Below are positions 62,188 through 64,000 of a DNA stretch of 64,000 nt, piece after piece. The DNA is from Felis catus (Eukaryota), in contig NC_058383.1 of the NCBI RefSeq assembly GCF_018350175.1, forward strand, positions 15,998,001-16,062,000, read 5' to 3'. The translations under genes and the position numbers were made by a program. Each line of letters begins with the position of its first letter. Positions within the stretch are counted from its first letter, which is position 1. The notes under the pieces were generated by a model. The model was not told where the DNA came from. It saw only the letters and a list, made by a program, of their open reading frames with translations, and did no database searches.

Positions 62188-62362
62188 TTTTTTTAAGTTT
62201 GTTTGTTTTGAGAGAGAGAGAAGAGAAGGAGAGAATTCCAAGCAGGTTCCACACTGTCAGCGCAGAGCCCAATGCAGGGCTCGAACTCAAGAACCATGAG
62301 ATCATGGTCTGAGCCGAAATCAAGAGTTGGATGCTTAACTGACTGAGCCACCCAGGTGCCCC
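62188..62362 (-). mobile_element. Can-SINE
   Basis: TSD TATTTTCAACTGTCTTT. Confidence 0.9.
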
Positions 62363-62439
62363 TATTTTCAACTGTCTTTGAATGTACTGTGCCCACTCGT
62401 CTGTTGAGATGTTGGTCCTTCCTGTATTTATTTAAAAGG

Positions 62440-62658
62440 GGGGCGCCTGGGTGGCGCAGTCGGTTAAGCGTCCGACTTCAGCCAGGTCACGATCTCGCGG
62501 TCCGTGAGTTCGAGCCCCGCGTCGGGCTCTGGGCTGATGGCTCAGAGCCTGGAGCCTGTTTCCGATTCTGTGTCTCCCTCTCTCTCTGCCCCTCCCCCGT
62601 TCATGCTCTGTCTCTCTCTGTCCCAAAAATAAATAAACGTTGAAAAAAAAATTTTTTT
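62440..62658 (+). mobile_element. young SINEC_Fc
   Basis: Nearly all CpGs intact; A/T tail. Confidence 0.93.
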
Positions 62659-62854
62659 AAAGGATTCCTCTTTTCCTTTTCTTTAAAGGAAATTAGCTCC
62701 TTGAAAATGATGCACGGCAAATATTTTTTCCCAGTTTATCTTTGGCATTCCAACTTCATTTATGCTAGTTTTTGCCATGCACAGGTTTTGTCTGCCTTTA
62801 TGCAAATTAATCAACTTTTTCTCTTTATGGTTTCTGAGATTTTATAAAACTTAG

Positions 62855-63425
62855 AGCAACTGGAACTCTCATATGTTGCTGGTGGGAATGTAACCTGGTA
62901 TACTCACTGTGGAAAACAGTTTGGCAATATACACTAAAATTAAACATATATGTAGCCTATGACCCACCACTTCCACTCAATTCCAAGAACAAATGAGTAC
63001 TTAACACCCAACAAACACATACAAGAGTGTTCTAAGCAGTTTTATTCATTTTAGCAAAAAAAAAAAAAAAAAAGGAAACAAAAGTTTCTATCAATGATAG
63101 TGTGGCATATTAACACAATACTACACAATAAAAAAGAACTGCTACATGCAACATAAATAAATCTCATATAGTGTTAAGCGAAAGAAATGAGACACAAAAG
63201 AAGACTTAATATATTGATTTATTTGAAGATCAAAAACAGGCAAAACTAACTGATGGCCAGAGGCCCAAAAAGCGATTACCACCAAGGGGGTTGGTACTGA
63301 CTAGGAGGCAAATATAAGAGAAACTTTGAGGGTGCTAGAGAGTCTATTTCCTAATCTAGGTGACAGATCCTGTTACACGTGTACAGATACATAAAAAATA
63401 TTGGCCCTTTAAAATATGTGTACTT
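62855..63425 (+). mobile_element. old L1 3' fragment
   Basis: GAGCAACTGGAACTCTCATATGTTGCTGGTGGGAATGTAA...TATGACCCA. Confidence 0.7.
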
Positions 63426-63431
63426 TCCTTT

Positions 63432-64000
63432 TTAAAAAATTTTTTTTTAATTTTTTAAATTTACATCCAAATTAGTATATAGTGCAACAATGATTTCAGG
63501 AGTAGATTCCTTAGTGCCCCTTCCCCATTTAGCCCATCCCCCCTCCCACAACCCCTCCAGTAACCCTCAGTTTGTTCTCCATATTTATGAGTCTCTTCTG
63601 TTTTGTCCCCCTCCCTATTTTTATATTATTTTTGTTTCCCTTCCCTTATGTTCATCTGTTTTGTCTCTTAAAGTCCTCATATGAGTGAAGTCATACGATT
63701 TTTGTCTTTCTCTGACTAATTTCACTTAGCATAATACCCTCCAGTTCCATCCACGTAGTTGCAAATGGCAAGATTGCATTCTTTTTGGTTGCTGAGTAAC
63801 GCTCCATTGTGTGTGTGTGTATATATATGTGTGTGTATATATATACACACACATATATATACCACATCTTCTTTATCCATTCATCCATCCATGGACATTT
63901 GGGCTCTTTCCATACTTTGGCTGTTGATAGTGCTGCTATAAACATGGGAGTGCACGTGTCCCTTCGAAACAGCACACCTGTATCCCTTGGATAAATGCCT
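63432..64000 (-). mobile_element. L1_Fc-type 3' end (runs off the window)
   Basis: ORF 63691..63975 matches the L1 ORF2 C-terminus (DTCTPMFIAAL...[18 protein letters not shown]...[18 protein letters not shown]); felid L1 3' UTR. Confidence 0.9.

Noticed and set aside
24007..64000. VKORC1L1 exon 1 or a nested protein-coding gene in the large intron
   Set aside because: No CpG island or VKOR N-terminal coding sequence is present. The longer ORFs trace to L1, SINE or transposase remnants, so exon 1 must lie beyond the window.

Overview
Mammalian DNA, felid and most likely domestic cat, judged from the Can-SINE/SINEC_Fc and L1_Fc repeats and from the GUSB protein sequence as I recall it. The window holds two convergent genes. 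GUSB (beta-glucuronidase) is complete on the + strand: CpG-island promoter, 12 GT-AG exons, CDS 940..14192 joining to 1956 nt = 651 aa. VKORC1L1 is partial on the - strand: exon 2 at 23897..24006, exon 3 CDS at 20031..20257, and a ~4 kb SINE-free 3' UTR; exon 1 lies beyond the right edge. Everything from ~24 kb to 64 kb is VKORC1L1 intron 1, an AT-rich stretch packed with SINEs, L1/L2 fragments, LTR remnants and DNA-transposon fossils. I see no convincing undescribed biological system. The most notable non-obvious items are a near-full-length decayed hAT/Charlie (Buster/SCAND3-like) transposase element at 48541..51798, an in-frame upstream ATG overlapping YY1/CLEAR motifs in the GUSB promoter, closely spaced inverted SINE pairs, a SINE-L1 chimera-like insert, and alternative polyadenylation signals in the VKORC1L1 3' UTR. 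Repeat family names come from recalled consensus sequences, not from a search, and repeat boundaries are approximate.
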